Of a DNA stretch of 64,000 nucleotides, positions 12,410 to 24,714 are shown piece after piece (positions within the stretch are counted from its first letter, which is position 1; each line of letters starts with the position of its first letter). A program made the translations under genes and the position numbers. The stretch lies in contig NC_135896.1 of the NCBI RefSeq assembly GCF_964194155.1, positions 11,966,001 through 12,030,000 on the forward strand. The letters run 5' to 3'. The notes below the pieces were generated by a model, which worked only from the letters and a program-made list of their open reading frames with translations, was not told where the DNA came from and ran no database searches. The stretch is from Cetorhinus maximus (lineage: Eukaryota).

Positions 12410-13003
12410 ATTGTGTACACAAGTATGTATGCATACACTCTTTTACATGGTTATGCACACACACACACATACATGCACAATTACAGAGATACACTTACAT
12501 ACAGACACACACACACATGCATACTTATGCATATACTTATCCATATGCAGACTTACATACTCACTTGCACACTTAACCTCCAGTTACCCACATACATTTA
12601 GACATGAATACTTACCCCCACACAGTTAACCCCACACACACACACTTACTCCCCTCACATACACTTACCAACTCACGCACATTTATACCCTCCCCACACA
12701 CACTTACCCCCGGCCACACATTTACCCCCCCTCACACGCACTTATACCCCTTACACACCCATACTTAGCCCCACCCCCATGCACTTACACCCTTCACGCA
12801 CACACACACACTTACCCCCTCACACAAACACAACCCACCTCTCTCTTACCCCTCAAACACACATACCTCCCTCTGACGCATTTATACCCCTCACACACAT
12901 ACACACACACACTTACCCCCTCACACAAACACAACCCACCTCTCTCTTACCCCTCAAACACACATACCTCCCTCTGACGCATTTATACCCCTCACACACA
13001 CAC
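12410..13003. repeat. CA-rich / CACACTTACCCC degenerate repeat with ~100-bp tandem duplication
   Basis: (CA)n runs, repeated cacttaccc; ~12800-12900 duplicated at ~12903-13003. Confidence 0.85.
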
Positions 13004-13037
13004 TGCCCTTAAGTAGCCAGTTGCCGATCTCACTAAC

Positions 13038-13136
13038 TTTCCCTGTATGAGTCCCCACGAACGAGTCTAAGTGGTTGAGGAAGATCCGTTTGCTCCGGAT
13101 TTTGTCCGGCTTGGTGCCAGGTTCGGTGCCCGCCAT
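13038..13136 (-). CDS. AK7: Adenylate kinase 7, coding exon 1
   Basis: gccATGG Kozak; MAGTEPGTKPDKIRSKRIFLNHLDSFVGTHTGK|gttagt vs human ...[23 protein letters not shown]; phase 0 joins exon 2. Confidence 0.92.
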
Positions 13137-13260
13137 GGCTGCCCGGGCCCTTGGATACGCAGCGGGAGGACGCGTTGCTAGGAAGGGTCCTCGCCTGTGC
13201 CGTCAGGCAGCGAGCAGGACACCTAGAGGCCAGGTTGAAGCTGCACAGCCGAGTTGGGGA
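13137..13260 (-). promoter_or_regulatory. AK7 CpG-rich promoter/5'UTR with RFX X-box half-site
   Basis: CpG-dense; GTTGCTAGG (CCTAGCAAC on minus strand) at 13174-13182, 38 nt upstream of ATG. Confidence 0.65.
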
Positions 13261-14187
13261 GGATCCCATTGAAAAACAATCACTGCCACTTCCCACTCCA
13301 TCTGCTCTCTTCTGGGATGATACTGGACCTTTTCTTCCCCAAAGGGAAATGAGGGCATGCAGGCAGCCAGTATGGGCAATGAGATGTGGGAGTTGTAGTC
13401 AATACTCTGCAGCCTGGGACACACCAGTGTCAATCATTGTCAGGGCATTCACACTGCAAGCTTAGCGGGAAGCACACTTAGAAAATGTTTGCATTTATAT
13501 AGTACCTTTTACAACCTTGGGACAGAAAGCACTTTATAGCCAATGAGGTACTTTCTTGAAGCATAGCCACTGGTATAATGATTGAACTGAAGGGTGAAGC
13601 ACTTAGTCATCTTGTCCACGTCAGCACTTTTCTGCAACAACCCAGAACTAATCCCGCTTCATCTTGCTTTGGTTCACCTACCAAATGCCTAAATTAGGTG
13701 TCAAGGCCCAAAATTGCTCCAAAGCAGAGTATCGTTTGTACTTTGCTCTATTCTTGGGTTCAGGAGACTCCTGCAAACAATAACTGGTCTTCCAGGCATC
13801 ACAGCAAGCGACCCAGGAAAAGATGTGGAAGTAAGGTTTGCAGCACTGCAGCTCTGAAGATCAGGGTCTGCACATCAAAAATGTCAGTGTGTTGAGAAAC
13901 AGTTTATAGGACTTGGGTTTAGCCCACTATGCTGGCACTTCAAGTTACTAAGCCTAGCCCTTCTGCCCCAGTAAAGCCCTACACAATGAGAGAATACCCC
14001 CCTCCCCCACAGTGGTGGGAAGGGAGGAAAACCAGCGAGAGTTTCCCCACTCTCCCCCAACCCACACTCAATCTCCTCTTAAGACCCAAGATAGGCCAGA
14101 AGTGGTGACAAGCACAGGAAGAAAACAATAAAGCACCATGCAAATAAACAAATGAAGTGCAACATTGAAAGCTACCAGAGTTTGGCA

Positions 14188-14391
14188 TTTTATTACAAAA
14201 TGTATTCTTAATGCAAGACTTGGTTTTCAGTTTCTGTACAGCAAATATACTTTCTCTCATTTATGTTGGAACAATATTCAGGAATTGTACATTTATTTAT
14301 TTTTAAAGTGTTATTAGGGTGGGGAAGAAAAGGGGAGGGTCCAAACAAGCAGACAATAAATATATTAACTTTTCTCTAATAGCATTTTATT
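14188..14391 (-). terminator. Candidate VIPAS39 polyadenylation signals
   Basis: AATAAA on minus strand at 14386-14391, 14292-14301 (two overlapping) and 14188-14193, 440-640 nt after the stop. Confidence 0.55.
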
Positions 14392-14829
14392 CCTGTTTCA
14401 AGATGTCATCAGTGAGGCCAGCTAGCAACATCTGCTGGCCAAAACCAAATACCTGAATTTCTGAAATAGAGCTCCTCTCTTTTCCTCAGTACTTTGTTAG
14501 TTTTAGCTTGGAGAATCTGTACTTCTCCCATGAAGTATGACTGTCTTTCACCAGCCATACCTCCTCCACTGCTCCCCACCCTTTTTCTTAAAAGTCATAA
14601 CCTTGCAATTAAACAACTTGATACACACGAAATATACAAATATATGGATAGGACACTTAATTTATAAGGTCCTGTATAATTATTCATTTTAATCACAGTG
14701 GGGGAAGAGTTCCTGCGATTCTCAGAAGGTTGATCACTCTTCCTTGTTGCTGATTACCAGGTTCTTCAACCTCCAGCTCCCTCAGGAATCATGCACACAG
14801 GAGGCTTTCCTGCATTGAATCTTGGTTCA

Positions 14830-14850
14830 TCAATTTTTCCATCTGATTTG
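14830..14850 (-). CDS. VIPAS39: VIPAS39 last coding exon (QIRWKN*)
   Basis: gcag|CAA ATC AGA TGG AAA AAT TGA, followed by a second TGA; identical to recalled human C-terminus QIRWKN. Confidence 0.93.
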   Translation of the reverse strand, partial: QIRWKN

Positions 14851-15149
14851 CTGCAAAGTACGACAATATTCAAAACTACCATTAGCAATCTGACAGGTGC
14901 ATTTTTTTTTTGTTTATTTGTTTTCATGTTAGGTAGCTCTCACTTCCAGTCATTAAACAGGCAACAGCTTTAACAGGGCAGCATTTGTTTCTATTTCTGG
15001 AACCGGACCATTGCTTTAAAGCAGTCCAGAGTCCCAATCATGGACTGAGATCATCGCTCTTGGCCAGACGATTTAAGTCAGCTGTCACAAGACGATTTAA
15101 ATATTTCAATCCAGCACTAGCTAAGATTTAAAGCCTTGTTTTAACTTAC

Positions 15150-15254
15150 AGAATTGCTCAGGATATAGTCTATCTTCCTCTGTTCTAGTGAGCTTTTCTC
15201 CACCTTGTCTCTGTACAGAACCAGCTGCTGCCGGTCTTTGAGATCCTTGTAGGT
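15150..15254 (-). CDS. VIPAS39: VIPAS39 exon 19
   Basis: tag|...|gtaagt, 105 nt; [35 protein letters not shown]. Confidence 0.95.
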
Positions 15255-15372
15255 CTAAATCAGGAGCAAAAAAAAACAGTAAAGTAAAAGAGCGCTTGCA
15301 AACCACTGCATCATTTACTTTTTGTAATCTCAACTGATGTTTATATCTTCAATTTATACAACATCTGGAATT

Positions 15373-15967
15373 GCTGTCACTGCGTTACCACCACCGTGGC
15401 TGTCACTGCGTTACCACCACCGTGGCTGTCACTGCGTTACCACCACCGTGGCTGTCACTGCGTTACCACCACCGTGGCTGTCACTGCGTTACCACCACCG
15501 TGGCTGTCACTGCGTTACCACCACCGTGGCTGTCACTGCGTTACCACCACCGTGGCTGTCACTGCGTTACCACCACCGTGGCTGTCACTGCGTTACCACC
15601 ACCGTGGCTGTCACTGCGTTACCACCACCGTGGCTGTCACTGCGTTACCACCACCGTGGCTGTCACTGCGTTACCACCACCGTGGCTGTCACTGCGTTAC
15701 CACCACCGTGGCTGTCACTGCGTTACCACCACCGTGGCTGTCACTGCGTTACCACCACCGTGGCTGTCACTGCGTTACCACCACCGTGGCTGTCACTGCG
15801 TTACCACCACCGTGGCTGTCACTGCGTTACCACCACCGTGGCTGTCACTGCGTTACCACCACCGTGGCTGTCACTGCGTTACCACCACCGTGGCTGTCAC
15901 TGCGTTACCACCACCGTGGCTGTCACTGCGTTACCACCACCGTGGCTGTCACTGCGTTACCACCACC
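15373..15967. repeat. Perfect 26-bp minisatellite, ~22.9 copies
   Basis: Unit GCTGTCACTGCGTTACCACCACCGTG; no variant units seen. Confidence 0.98.
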
Positions 15968-16526
15968 TTTGCTCATCTTCCCTGAAAGACGGATTTAGCT
16001 CTCTTTTTTCAGTCACATTCTCTCTAAACCAATCAGTACCTCCCCGCTGAACCATTCTCAGGTCTCTGGCAATGAGACTTCTAATGCAAGAGGTTCAAAA
16101 GAGTCAGAGTAATTAATCTACGGCACATTTGCATTCTCAACTCACCAAATTATTTTGATGGGTATTTGGACCTCATGCACTCAAACTGAGTGCCTTTGTC
16201 ACCATGATCAAGCTGCTGGAGAGCAGAAAGTGTGAAGAGGAATCCTCTTGCCATGCAACTCAAAAGCACTCTTTGGGGGAGGGGATGGAGGATTGGGGGG
16301 TGGGGGTAGAGGTGGCGGATGAAAGGCTGCCATTTATAGTGTCCAAGAGGATATCCAGAAGCTGAGTTGATCCATGCCATTTCTGACATTAAACACACTT
16401 GGCTGTCGTGGACCTCTATGAGTGTAAAACACAACAATGGATACTCTGCATGAAACTGCACTGCTGTTCTTTTTGTCAAGAAACTCCTCTCTATCGCAGC
16501 AGAAATAAATCCACACTTATACTTAC

Positions 16527-16616
16527 ATCAATCACAATGTTATGGCACTTGTACTTTGTGGCAAGGTTCAACTTCAGTTCTGTGTTATCCACTAAAGCAA
16601 CATACTCCTGAACAAC
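16527..16616 (-). CDS. VIPAS39: VIPAS39 exon 18
   Basis: cag|...|gtaagt, 90 nt; [30 protein letters not shown]. Confidence 0.95.
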
Positions 16617-17880
16617 CTGTAGAAAAGTGTTACAATACTGTATGAAATGCCATTGGTGATCGGCAAAAGAATCAGAGGTGACATGGGGAAGCTTTTTTTT
16701 TTTAAAAACGCAGCGAGTTGTTGTGATCTGGCAGATTCAATAGTAACTTTCAAAAGGGATTTGTATAAATAGTTGAATGGAAAACACTTACAAGGCTATG
16801 GTGAAAGAGCAGGCAATTGAGACCAATTAGATAACTCTACCAAAAAATCAGAGCCTGATGGGCCAAACAACCTTCTTCTATGTGGTATCATTCCATGAAA
16901 CATCCTTTCTTTTTAGGGCGGCATAGTGTGTTGCAGGAACCCACAGATGATATCACAGACTGATTTGCAGGCTGAACATCCCATTGCTGATATCCCAGTC
17001 CCCATCACACGGTGTCAGGGAAACTTTGACCTTATTCCAAAAATTACCTCCAACTTGATATTTATTTGCCATGAGAGATAGGAATAGTGGGTAATAATGG
17101 ACTTTTCCCAACATCAAAATATGACCTGACCAACTTGTAAAGTGCAGTGTCCTTTATTGTGCCCAAAACAAAATGCATAAACCGCAACCTCATCAAAATG
17201 CATAAACCCCTTACCCTCTCCTACATCACCAATGTAATAATTTCATTTGCCCCAGCAGCCATCTCAATATCCCAAATGGTTTCTGTTTCAGCATTAAAGG
17301 TGATCTGGTGTTTGCCATTTCCACATGACAAAATGGAATACAGTGATCACGTTACATATAACTTTGTAAGTGGGGGCAGGGAGGTGGGGGGGGCGGGGTG
17401 GTGAGTTTAAATTGCATGAAAGAACCGAATCACCGCAGTATTGCGAATCCTCATGTGGATGTTAATGGCGACCATGTTGCATTGCCAAGACAAAAGACGT
17501 TTGTAGCAGTGATAGTTATCTGATCCTAAAACACAATCATATTATAACCCAGACTGTAACATTCCCATGACTGAGTAGCTAAGATAATAAACTGATTAAA
17601 AAAAAGTGACATCTAGGCTGATGTGGGGCAGCAAAGGAAGTGAATTTGAAGCTCAGAGAATAGTAATACACAGAAGGAGGCTAATTAACCTATCATGGAA
17701 TAGTAACTGCTAGCAACCCCACCTTACACATGGCACTGGTCTACTCTGTGGGCACTAAGAGAAGCCTGAAGGATTGTTATTGTTCTTGTGCCTCTCTTCG
17801 ATTGTGGCCCGTTTTACTCCTATTCAAAGGAGGAGAATGAAGAAGATTTCTTCCAGAAGTATCAGAAGTTAGCATCTTAC

Positions 17881-17967
17881 CTCAACCGGAGCATTGTTTT
17901 TATGCAAAATGTCCACAACTCTATGAAATCCAATTGGGGCTTTCTTCTTGGTATATCCTAGCCAATT
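17881..17967 (-). CDS. VIPAS39: VIPAS39 exon 17
   Basis: tag|...|gtaag, 87 nt; [29 protein letters not shown]. Confidence 0.96.
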
Positions 17968-18039
17968 CTAAAATAAAACAAAACACAACAATGTATCATC
18001 TATTTAAAAGGAGAAAGGTTGTTCTAATGGAACATCTTA

Positions 18040-18440
18040 AAATTAATTTGTGGGACGTTGGAATCGCTAGCAAGACCAGCATTTATTATCCCCTGATAAT
18101 TGCCCCTGAGAAGTTGGTAGTGAGCTGCCTTCTTGAGTACAACTGACTGGCTTGTGAGGGCACTTCAGGGGCAGTCAACCACATAATTGTGAATCTGGAG
18201 TCACATACAGGCCGGAACGGGTAAGGATGGCAGATTTCCTTCCCTGAGAGACATCAGAGAACCAGGTGCACTTTTATGGCAACCCGGTACTTTCATGGTC
18301 ACCATTATTGATATTAACTTTTTATTCCAGGTTCAATTGAATTTAAATTCCCAGCTACCGTGGTGGGATTTGAACCTGTGTATCCTGATCAATAATCCAA
18401 GCCTCTGAACTGGTAACAAAATGAGTATTCTATCATACCC
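18040..18440 (-). mobile_element. tRNA-derived SINE with CR1-like tail
   Basis: Reverse complement of the family at 20605-20900 (B-box gggatttgaacc; ggtaaggatggcagatttccttccct core). Confidence 0.7.
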
Positions 18441-19044
18441 CAGGATTTGAATGACCATAGTAATGGCTTGTGGCAAAAGTCACCAAAGGCGGAATGATGT
18501 GGGTAAAATATAATTAATTGAAAATTACCTCACCACGCTCTGAAATTTAGTTTAATGGAAATAATAATCTTTTTTGTCTAATTCTAATTCTGCAGAATAA
18601 TTATACTAACTGTAGATATTGGCCCCAAATCCTTTTAGTTTTCTTTTACCCCATCGAAAGCCATGGTGGAGATACAGGTGTAGTGATTGAACCAATGCAA
18701 TGAGTGGACCGGGAATGTGACTTTAAGGGCAAAAATTCACGAATGCAGACTACGTAAGCTTGGATGAGGTAAGCTGTACAAGGTCATGAATATGAAGAAG
18801 GAAGACCTGTGAGTTATTGGGCAAAAGCATCAGGGGATGCTTTACCAACAACAGCCCAGATAGATCAATTTGAGAGAAGTTAGATTGGTAGGAACATAGC
18901 TTTGGTGGGCGGCCAAATGATAGTTAATTTGTTTAAATCAGTGACAACAGTTAGTAGCATGTACTAATCTTGATAGAAATTGCCTTACACAATATGGGTA
19001 AATGTGCTTCACATTTATAAATTACTAAACTTCATTTACTTAGG

Positions 19045-19398
19045 TGTCAACTGTGGCCCAGTTGGTAGTCACAGGTTCCGGGTTCAAGTCCCACCCCAGG
19101 GCCTGAGCACAAAGCTCAAGACTGACATTCCAGTGCACTATGGAGGGAGTGCTGCAATGTCAGTGGTGCCATTTTTCAGATGAGATGTTAAACTGAGGCC
19201 TCATCCACCCTCTTAGATGGACATAAAAGATCCCATGGTACTCTTCCGAATGTAGGGGAACTATCCTTGGTGTCTTGATCAATATTTATTTCTCAATCAC
19301 AGAAACTAGCTGTTATCATACTGCTATTTGTGGGAGCTTGCTGTACGCAAATCGGCTGCCACATTTCCTACATTACAACAGTGACAACACTTCAAAAG
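19045..19398 (+). mobile_element. DeuSINE (SacSINE1/AmnSINE1-like)
   Basis: tRNA head (tggcccagttgg; ggttcaagtccc) followed by Deu-domain-like gatgagatgttaaactgaggcc...aaaagatcccatgg...tttgtgggagcttgctgt...cctacattacaacagtgac. Confidence 0.8.
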
Positions 19399-19535
19399 TC
19401 CAGTTCTGAAGAGGCCATCGGCATGAAATGTTAACTCTGTTTCCGTCTCCACAGATGCTGCCAGACCTGCTGAGTATTTCCAGAATTTTCTGTTTAGACT
19501 GAGTGATACAAATGACGACTTTATACAAATGTTAC

Positions 19536-19625
19536 CTTTGTAGTAAATAAAGTATCAACATCTTTCCAAGCCTTCAGTTTGGCACGAGCTGCAAGTGTAG
19601 TGAGTAAGTACTGTTTGTCTGAAAT
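19536..19625 (-). CDS. VIPAS39: VIPAS39 exon 16
   Basis: tag|...|gtaac, 90 nt; [30 protein letters not shown]. Confidence 0.96.
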
Positions 19626-20604
19626 CTAAAACACAAGCAGAAGTAATATTTTCTGTTAAATATTAATATAAACACATAGAATATAACCTCACTAAAAACA
19701 GGACATAAGTCATCTACAAGTGATTGTTTTTTTCATCCTCACATCTCTTGTGAAACTGATAGACATTTCTCTACATTAAAGACACTTATGTAAATTCAAG
19801 TTGCCCTTATTAATGCTTCTTTATTCCCTAATCTTGGTCAGGATTCCAACTCAAGATGCCCTACATTTGCATTCACACATATGATGTATGGGTTCTCCCC
19901 TCTACCCCTAACTCAAAAACAGAGGTCATCACAACTGGAGGAGAATGCATCACATAGACAAACTCTTTCCTAACTGGCCAGTAATTTCTGACGCAGATTT
20001 TGTTCATACACCTTGTGCAGTCCAGTTCCGCATTCTTCTGTTAGCATGTTAAAATAAACTTGCCTGTGGTGTTTCGGTCCAGCTCACAGGCAAGGGTTTT
20101 GTTTTCTGTACAGAATGTACTCCTATTAGGTAGGCAAGTTATTCCCCAGTCCCTGCTGATCTATGCTGGGGTGACAGTCGGGATGCTACAGCTGGCCTCA
20201 GCATTTATGGTATTAGCAAAAGAAGAAAAATACACAGCCAAGGTCACCATTGCCAACTGCATACAGCAAGCGCTTCTGGCAACATGCATCTGTTCCAGAC
20301 AGAATCGAGCTCAGAAATGGTACTTCTCGCTATCACAGCTCACTGTTGCATACCGAGATTTGACATATGAGGTAACTTGATATAACATACTAAGTGCTAC
20401 AATTAAGTTAAACTTGCGTCTCAAAGGGTTGGGACTACAAGACAGTAGGGCTAAGTGGTGTCGATTACAATTTGAATGAGATGTCTGAACTAATGTGACT
20501 CACACAATAAAGCTTCAGTTTGGATATTTCAGTGATCATTCACACCTGTTCTGATGAGTTGATTCATCACATATGAGCTCAGCAGGGTGAGTTCCCAGAG
20601 CATC

Positions 20605-20900
20605 CTGGCGAGGTTGTAGTGTAGTGGTATTGTCATTGGATTAGTATTCCAGATACCCAGGGTAATTCTCTGGGTTTGAATCCCACCACGGCATATGGTG
20701 AAATTTGAATTCAATAAAAAAAATCTAAAAGTCTAATGATGACCGTGAAACCATTGCTGATTGTCGTAAAAACTCATCTGGTTCACGAATATCATTTAGG
20801 GAAGGAAATCTGCCAACCTTACCTGGCCTAGCAAGCCACTCAGTTTTCAAGGGATGGGCAATAAATGCCCATATCCCATGAACGAGTATAAAAAAAAGAT
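20605..20900 (+). mobile_element. tRNA-derived SINE with CR1-like tail
   Basis: A-box (gtgtagtgg), B-box (ggtttgaatccc); 3' tail gggatgggcaataaatg...atcccatgaa + A-rich, same as the LINE end at ~46250-46300. Confidence 0.75.
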
Positions 20901-21914
20901 TTTACAAAAAAAAAATTCAATGTCAGCCAGACTCATATGGCTTCAAGAAAGCAGGTCTGGGCATGAATTGGGTATCGTGATAGAACAGGTTGGTTTTCCC
21001 AGCTAGTAATTGACCTTTAAGAAAATATAGCATTAAAGAAAATATTCCTTTCACTATTCAGAAAAACATCTTACAGGAGGCATTGTGGATGGAAATTGCT
21101 ACTTTTGTTCAATCATGTAAATTCTGCAAAAATAGCTATCGACCTTGTCTTGACAGTGTTCATCAGTTTTGCCAATTTGAAAATTGGTGAAGCAAACTGT
21201 AGGCCCAATCTTCATAGCCTTGTAGCAGCGAGTTTGGCAGTGGGACCAGTAGCCAATTGCGAAAGTCATGCGTCAGGTCAGCGTTTGCTGGAGGCGGGCT
21301 CTAAGCAGCAGTAGCTACCCACCCAGTAGCAGCAGGTAGCCAATTAACATCAATTAGGACCAAAGTGCAGATGAAACTGGAGTTCTTTGGGTGTCGACCG
21401 GCCCCTTGCTAAGTGGGGAGGCAGCTTCCCAGCGGGTGGCCTGAAGGCCCTCCATCCTACTGGCCCCATTGTTAAGCTGCATGATTGCAAAGGAGGGAGC
21501 CTATTCTGTAAGCATTCCTGTGGAGGGGGTCCCCTCCACACTAAAGGCACCAAGAGCTGTGGGCCTTCCATAGTTTCTAATCTTAGGTAGGCTTCTGAGG
21601 GTGCCTCCATATTGCAGTGGTCTCAGGTTCTCCGACCTGCTTCAGCAGCACCTACCTCTCCCAGAGGGGCTGCTGTCGATCGAGTGCTGCGGGCCCTCTG
21701 ATTGGGCCTATCACTTCAGGAACCTGCTATCCAAAATTTGGCGGTCACCATGGAGACAGCCTCTTAATTGGCTACCTCCCAGAAATTCTCTCTGTTGTCA
21801 CATTTCTAATACATGCAGGGTCCGGCCTGGGAAAAGGTCCCATGCCTGAAATATCTCAAAGTGCCAAAGATTCCACCCGTTGAGTGCAGGTTTATGCTCT
21901 TCTATGAATTGTGC

Positions 21915-22115
21915 CATGGAATTTTTTTACATCCACCTGAGCAGGCAAATGGAGCCTTGGTTTAACATTTCATCTGAAAGATGGCACCTTCAACAGTGCA
22001 GCACCCCACCCTCAGTACTACAATGGAGTGTCATTCTAAATTATGTGCTCAATTCTCTGGACTGCTTGAACGCACAACCTTCTGACTCTGTGGAGGTAGT
22101 GTTACCACTGAGCCC
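21915..22115 (-). mobile_element. DeuSINE fragment
   Basis: Reverse complement of the 5' half of the 19045-19398 element. Confidence 0.65.
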
Positions 22116-22392
22116 TTGTACTATGTTGATGTTTGTTGATTCTTGGGTGACTGCTAAAGGAAGCAGACAATAAAATCACAACTTCTCATGAGGGAAATGG
22201 CAGTGTCTTTATACACATTAAATTGAGGAGGGCTGGGAGAATTTCTGACCATTTTCTCTCTACGGATTAAATAGGGAGGATGGAATCAGTGATGAGCTAG
22301 GTCGCACAGTGAAATACAAGCGCTTGTTGGGACCAATGTCTTTTATTTAATGAATGTTTTCTTATGCTCGACTGTAAAGGCGCAGTACTTAC

Positions 22393-22434
22393 TTTGAAAG
22401 TTGTTTTCAAATTGCCTGGGCTACTGAACGTTCC
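22393..22434 (-). CDS. VIPAS39: VIPAS39 exon 15
   Basis: tag|...|gtaagt, 42 nt; GTFSSPGNLKTTFK. Confidence 0.95.
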
Positions 22435-23639
22435 CTATGAAGAAACAAAATGAGAACGCAGTTAGGATCACAAGGTATTTAATTTCTAAATGAGGACCAG
22501 AACAATTCACGAGATAATGAAACATGTACCACCACATTCCCTACCCCAACCATCATGCTGCTGGCACCAGCAGCAGTGCCCTCATCTCCCCTTCTCTGGC
22601 CATTAAACAACCTTGTCAATTTACATAATCTCGATAGGAACTGCAACTTTATTCTGTATTACGTATAGTCCAGCTGATGCTATTGCAACAGGTTTAATTA
22701 TGTTTGCCCCTGTAACAAAGATGTGTCAATTAACGATATCTACCCAAGTATGTGAGGTACTTTTTAAATGTTTAAGATTATGATGGTATTAATAAAGTGG
22801 TGTTCATTTGTGTATCTGTGCCTGGCTTAATTCTTAATGAGTCAGGCAAAAGCAAATGGGATAACTTACTCACTGGTGTGCAGGATTCCAACTGTGATCA
22901 AAGTGGTTTGTGCAACGTTCAAAAAAAAAAAAATTGTTCTTGGGATGTAGGCAAGACTCTGTTTACTGTTCACTAATTACCCTGAGAATTTGGCAGTAGA
23001 ACTTCCCCTTGAATTGCTGCAGTCCTTGTGGCGATGATGCTCCCACACTAGTGAGAGGTCGGGATTTCAAGTATATTGACCCAGAAATTAAGAAGAAATG
23101 GCAACATATGTCCAAGTGAGGAACCTGGTGGTAACAGGGGTTCCTACGATGGTACTGCTCTTGTCCTTTGCAGTGGCAGTGGTCATTGGGACAGGACTGG
23201 TAACAAACTTTGATCTGGGTTTTGTAAATCAGGTCAAGTTCTGATAAAGCTTAAAGGTGGAAGGTAAAACTCCAACCCCTTCTCTGCTGTGGAATTGAAG
23301 CAAAGGGGTTATAAATTCATCTGATACTTTTAGGTCAATGTTACTTTATTGAATTAGCACTCAATAAACAACACCATGAGTCGCTCTGCCACCAAGAATG
23401 AATAGTTTTATTTCTACATGCATTTATTTCAGGGTGGGGTGGTGGTTATTTTACATTTATAATCCAAATGTGTGCCTGCACTGATGGAATTGAAAATAGT
23501 GGCTCTTCCTCAAGGTGATAGTGTAACTGGTCAAAATACTGCAAAGCAGTTCCCCTATGCCATCAACTTTGCTATGATTAACACATATGTACAGACATAC
23601 ATACATACATACATATACATACAACAAACAATGACTCAC

Positions 23640-23774
23640 TTCAGATTCCCCGTAATGATAAAAGCAGGAATAGTAAAGCGTTGTGACTAGTGGCATGTGA
23701 AGGATGGAGGCCTTCCTGGGATGTTTCCTGAAAACTTCCATTTGTCCAGACGCCTCAATGCGTTTATCATTCTC
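23640..23774 (-). CDS. VIPAS39: VIPAS39 exon 14
   Basis: cag|...|gtgagt, 135 nt; [45 protein letters not shown]. Confidence 0.97.
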
Positions 23775-24714
23775 CTGAAAATCCCAAAGCAAAAAGGTTC
23801 ATTTCCAATCCCAAAGCTGGTTTCTCACTAATACACCCATGGTTACATTGTAGTTCAGATATTGATAAAATTAGATGTATAGCTGCTCTCTTTTTTTGCA
23901 GTTTGCTGTTCAGTTAAAGCCACTGCATATGCACACTGGATTGTATACTTAGAGGGCATTGAAAACGTACAATGGCCCTGTTTTTGCAGCCAGTGGCAAA
24001 GGAATGGCAGTTGCTGTTCACTACGCTGACAGCTGCCCACAAAGGTTCATGGGATTTTGAGTGGAGTCTCACTGTCATCAGGACTCTGATCCAGTGCAGC
24101 CCCCTATACAGAGATCTGTGGTGTGTTAGTCCAGGGAAAGCAACAGTTAAGCTCTTCAACCAATCAGACTGAAGAATGCTCACTGAGTCACGCAAAGTCT
24201 AAATCAGGAAGCATAAATTAGATTTAAATCATGTACAAAAAGCAAAATAAGAAGGATTGAAAGATGGGAACGAGAGAAAAGGTGACAAAAAGATAGAAAA
24301 ATAAAAATAAAAATAATTTTTCAAAATCTCCAATATCAAACAAACTCTGAAGGAACGAAATTCCACATTTATAAAGCTACTTTTTCAGGGCTGGAGAGGT
24401 TGTTTGGCATTAATTATCATGCTATTAAAATGTCACTTTCACCTGAATGTCCCAGCCACATCCTTTTTTTACCACATTTAGTTGGTAACTAAGGTTAAGT
24501 GCAACAACTTCACGCCCTTACATTAATTTCAATGTTGAAGAGGTACTATTATTTTGCAGCCTGTGAAGCAGCGGGGTAACCAGGCTGTAAGTTCCAGGTT
24601 TCCACATTTAACCGTGTATATGCATACTCTGGAAGTCGATGTCTGATTAATCAACAAAAATGGTGAGCGCTGTGATTCTCTAAGCAAGATCCAGATCGTT
24701 AATGCAAAACTCTT

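Noticed and set aside
15337-16050. Three overlapping 200-237-aa ORFs / CRISPR-like array
   Set aside because: Products of a stop-free 26-bp tandem repeat; there are no unique spacers or cas genes and the context is a vertebrate intron.
19045-19100. tRNA genes (A/B boxes here and at ~20610-20690, ~52340-52400)
   Set aside because: No cloverleaf; each continues into a SINE body.
21200-21880. Another Harbinger-like MITE
   Set aside because: Ends only weakly complementary and no matching TSD found; probably a repeat but not supportable as a specific call.
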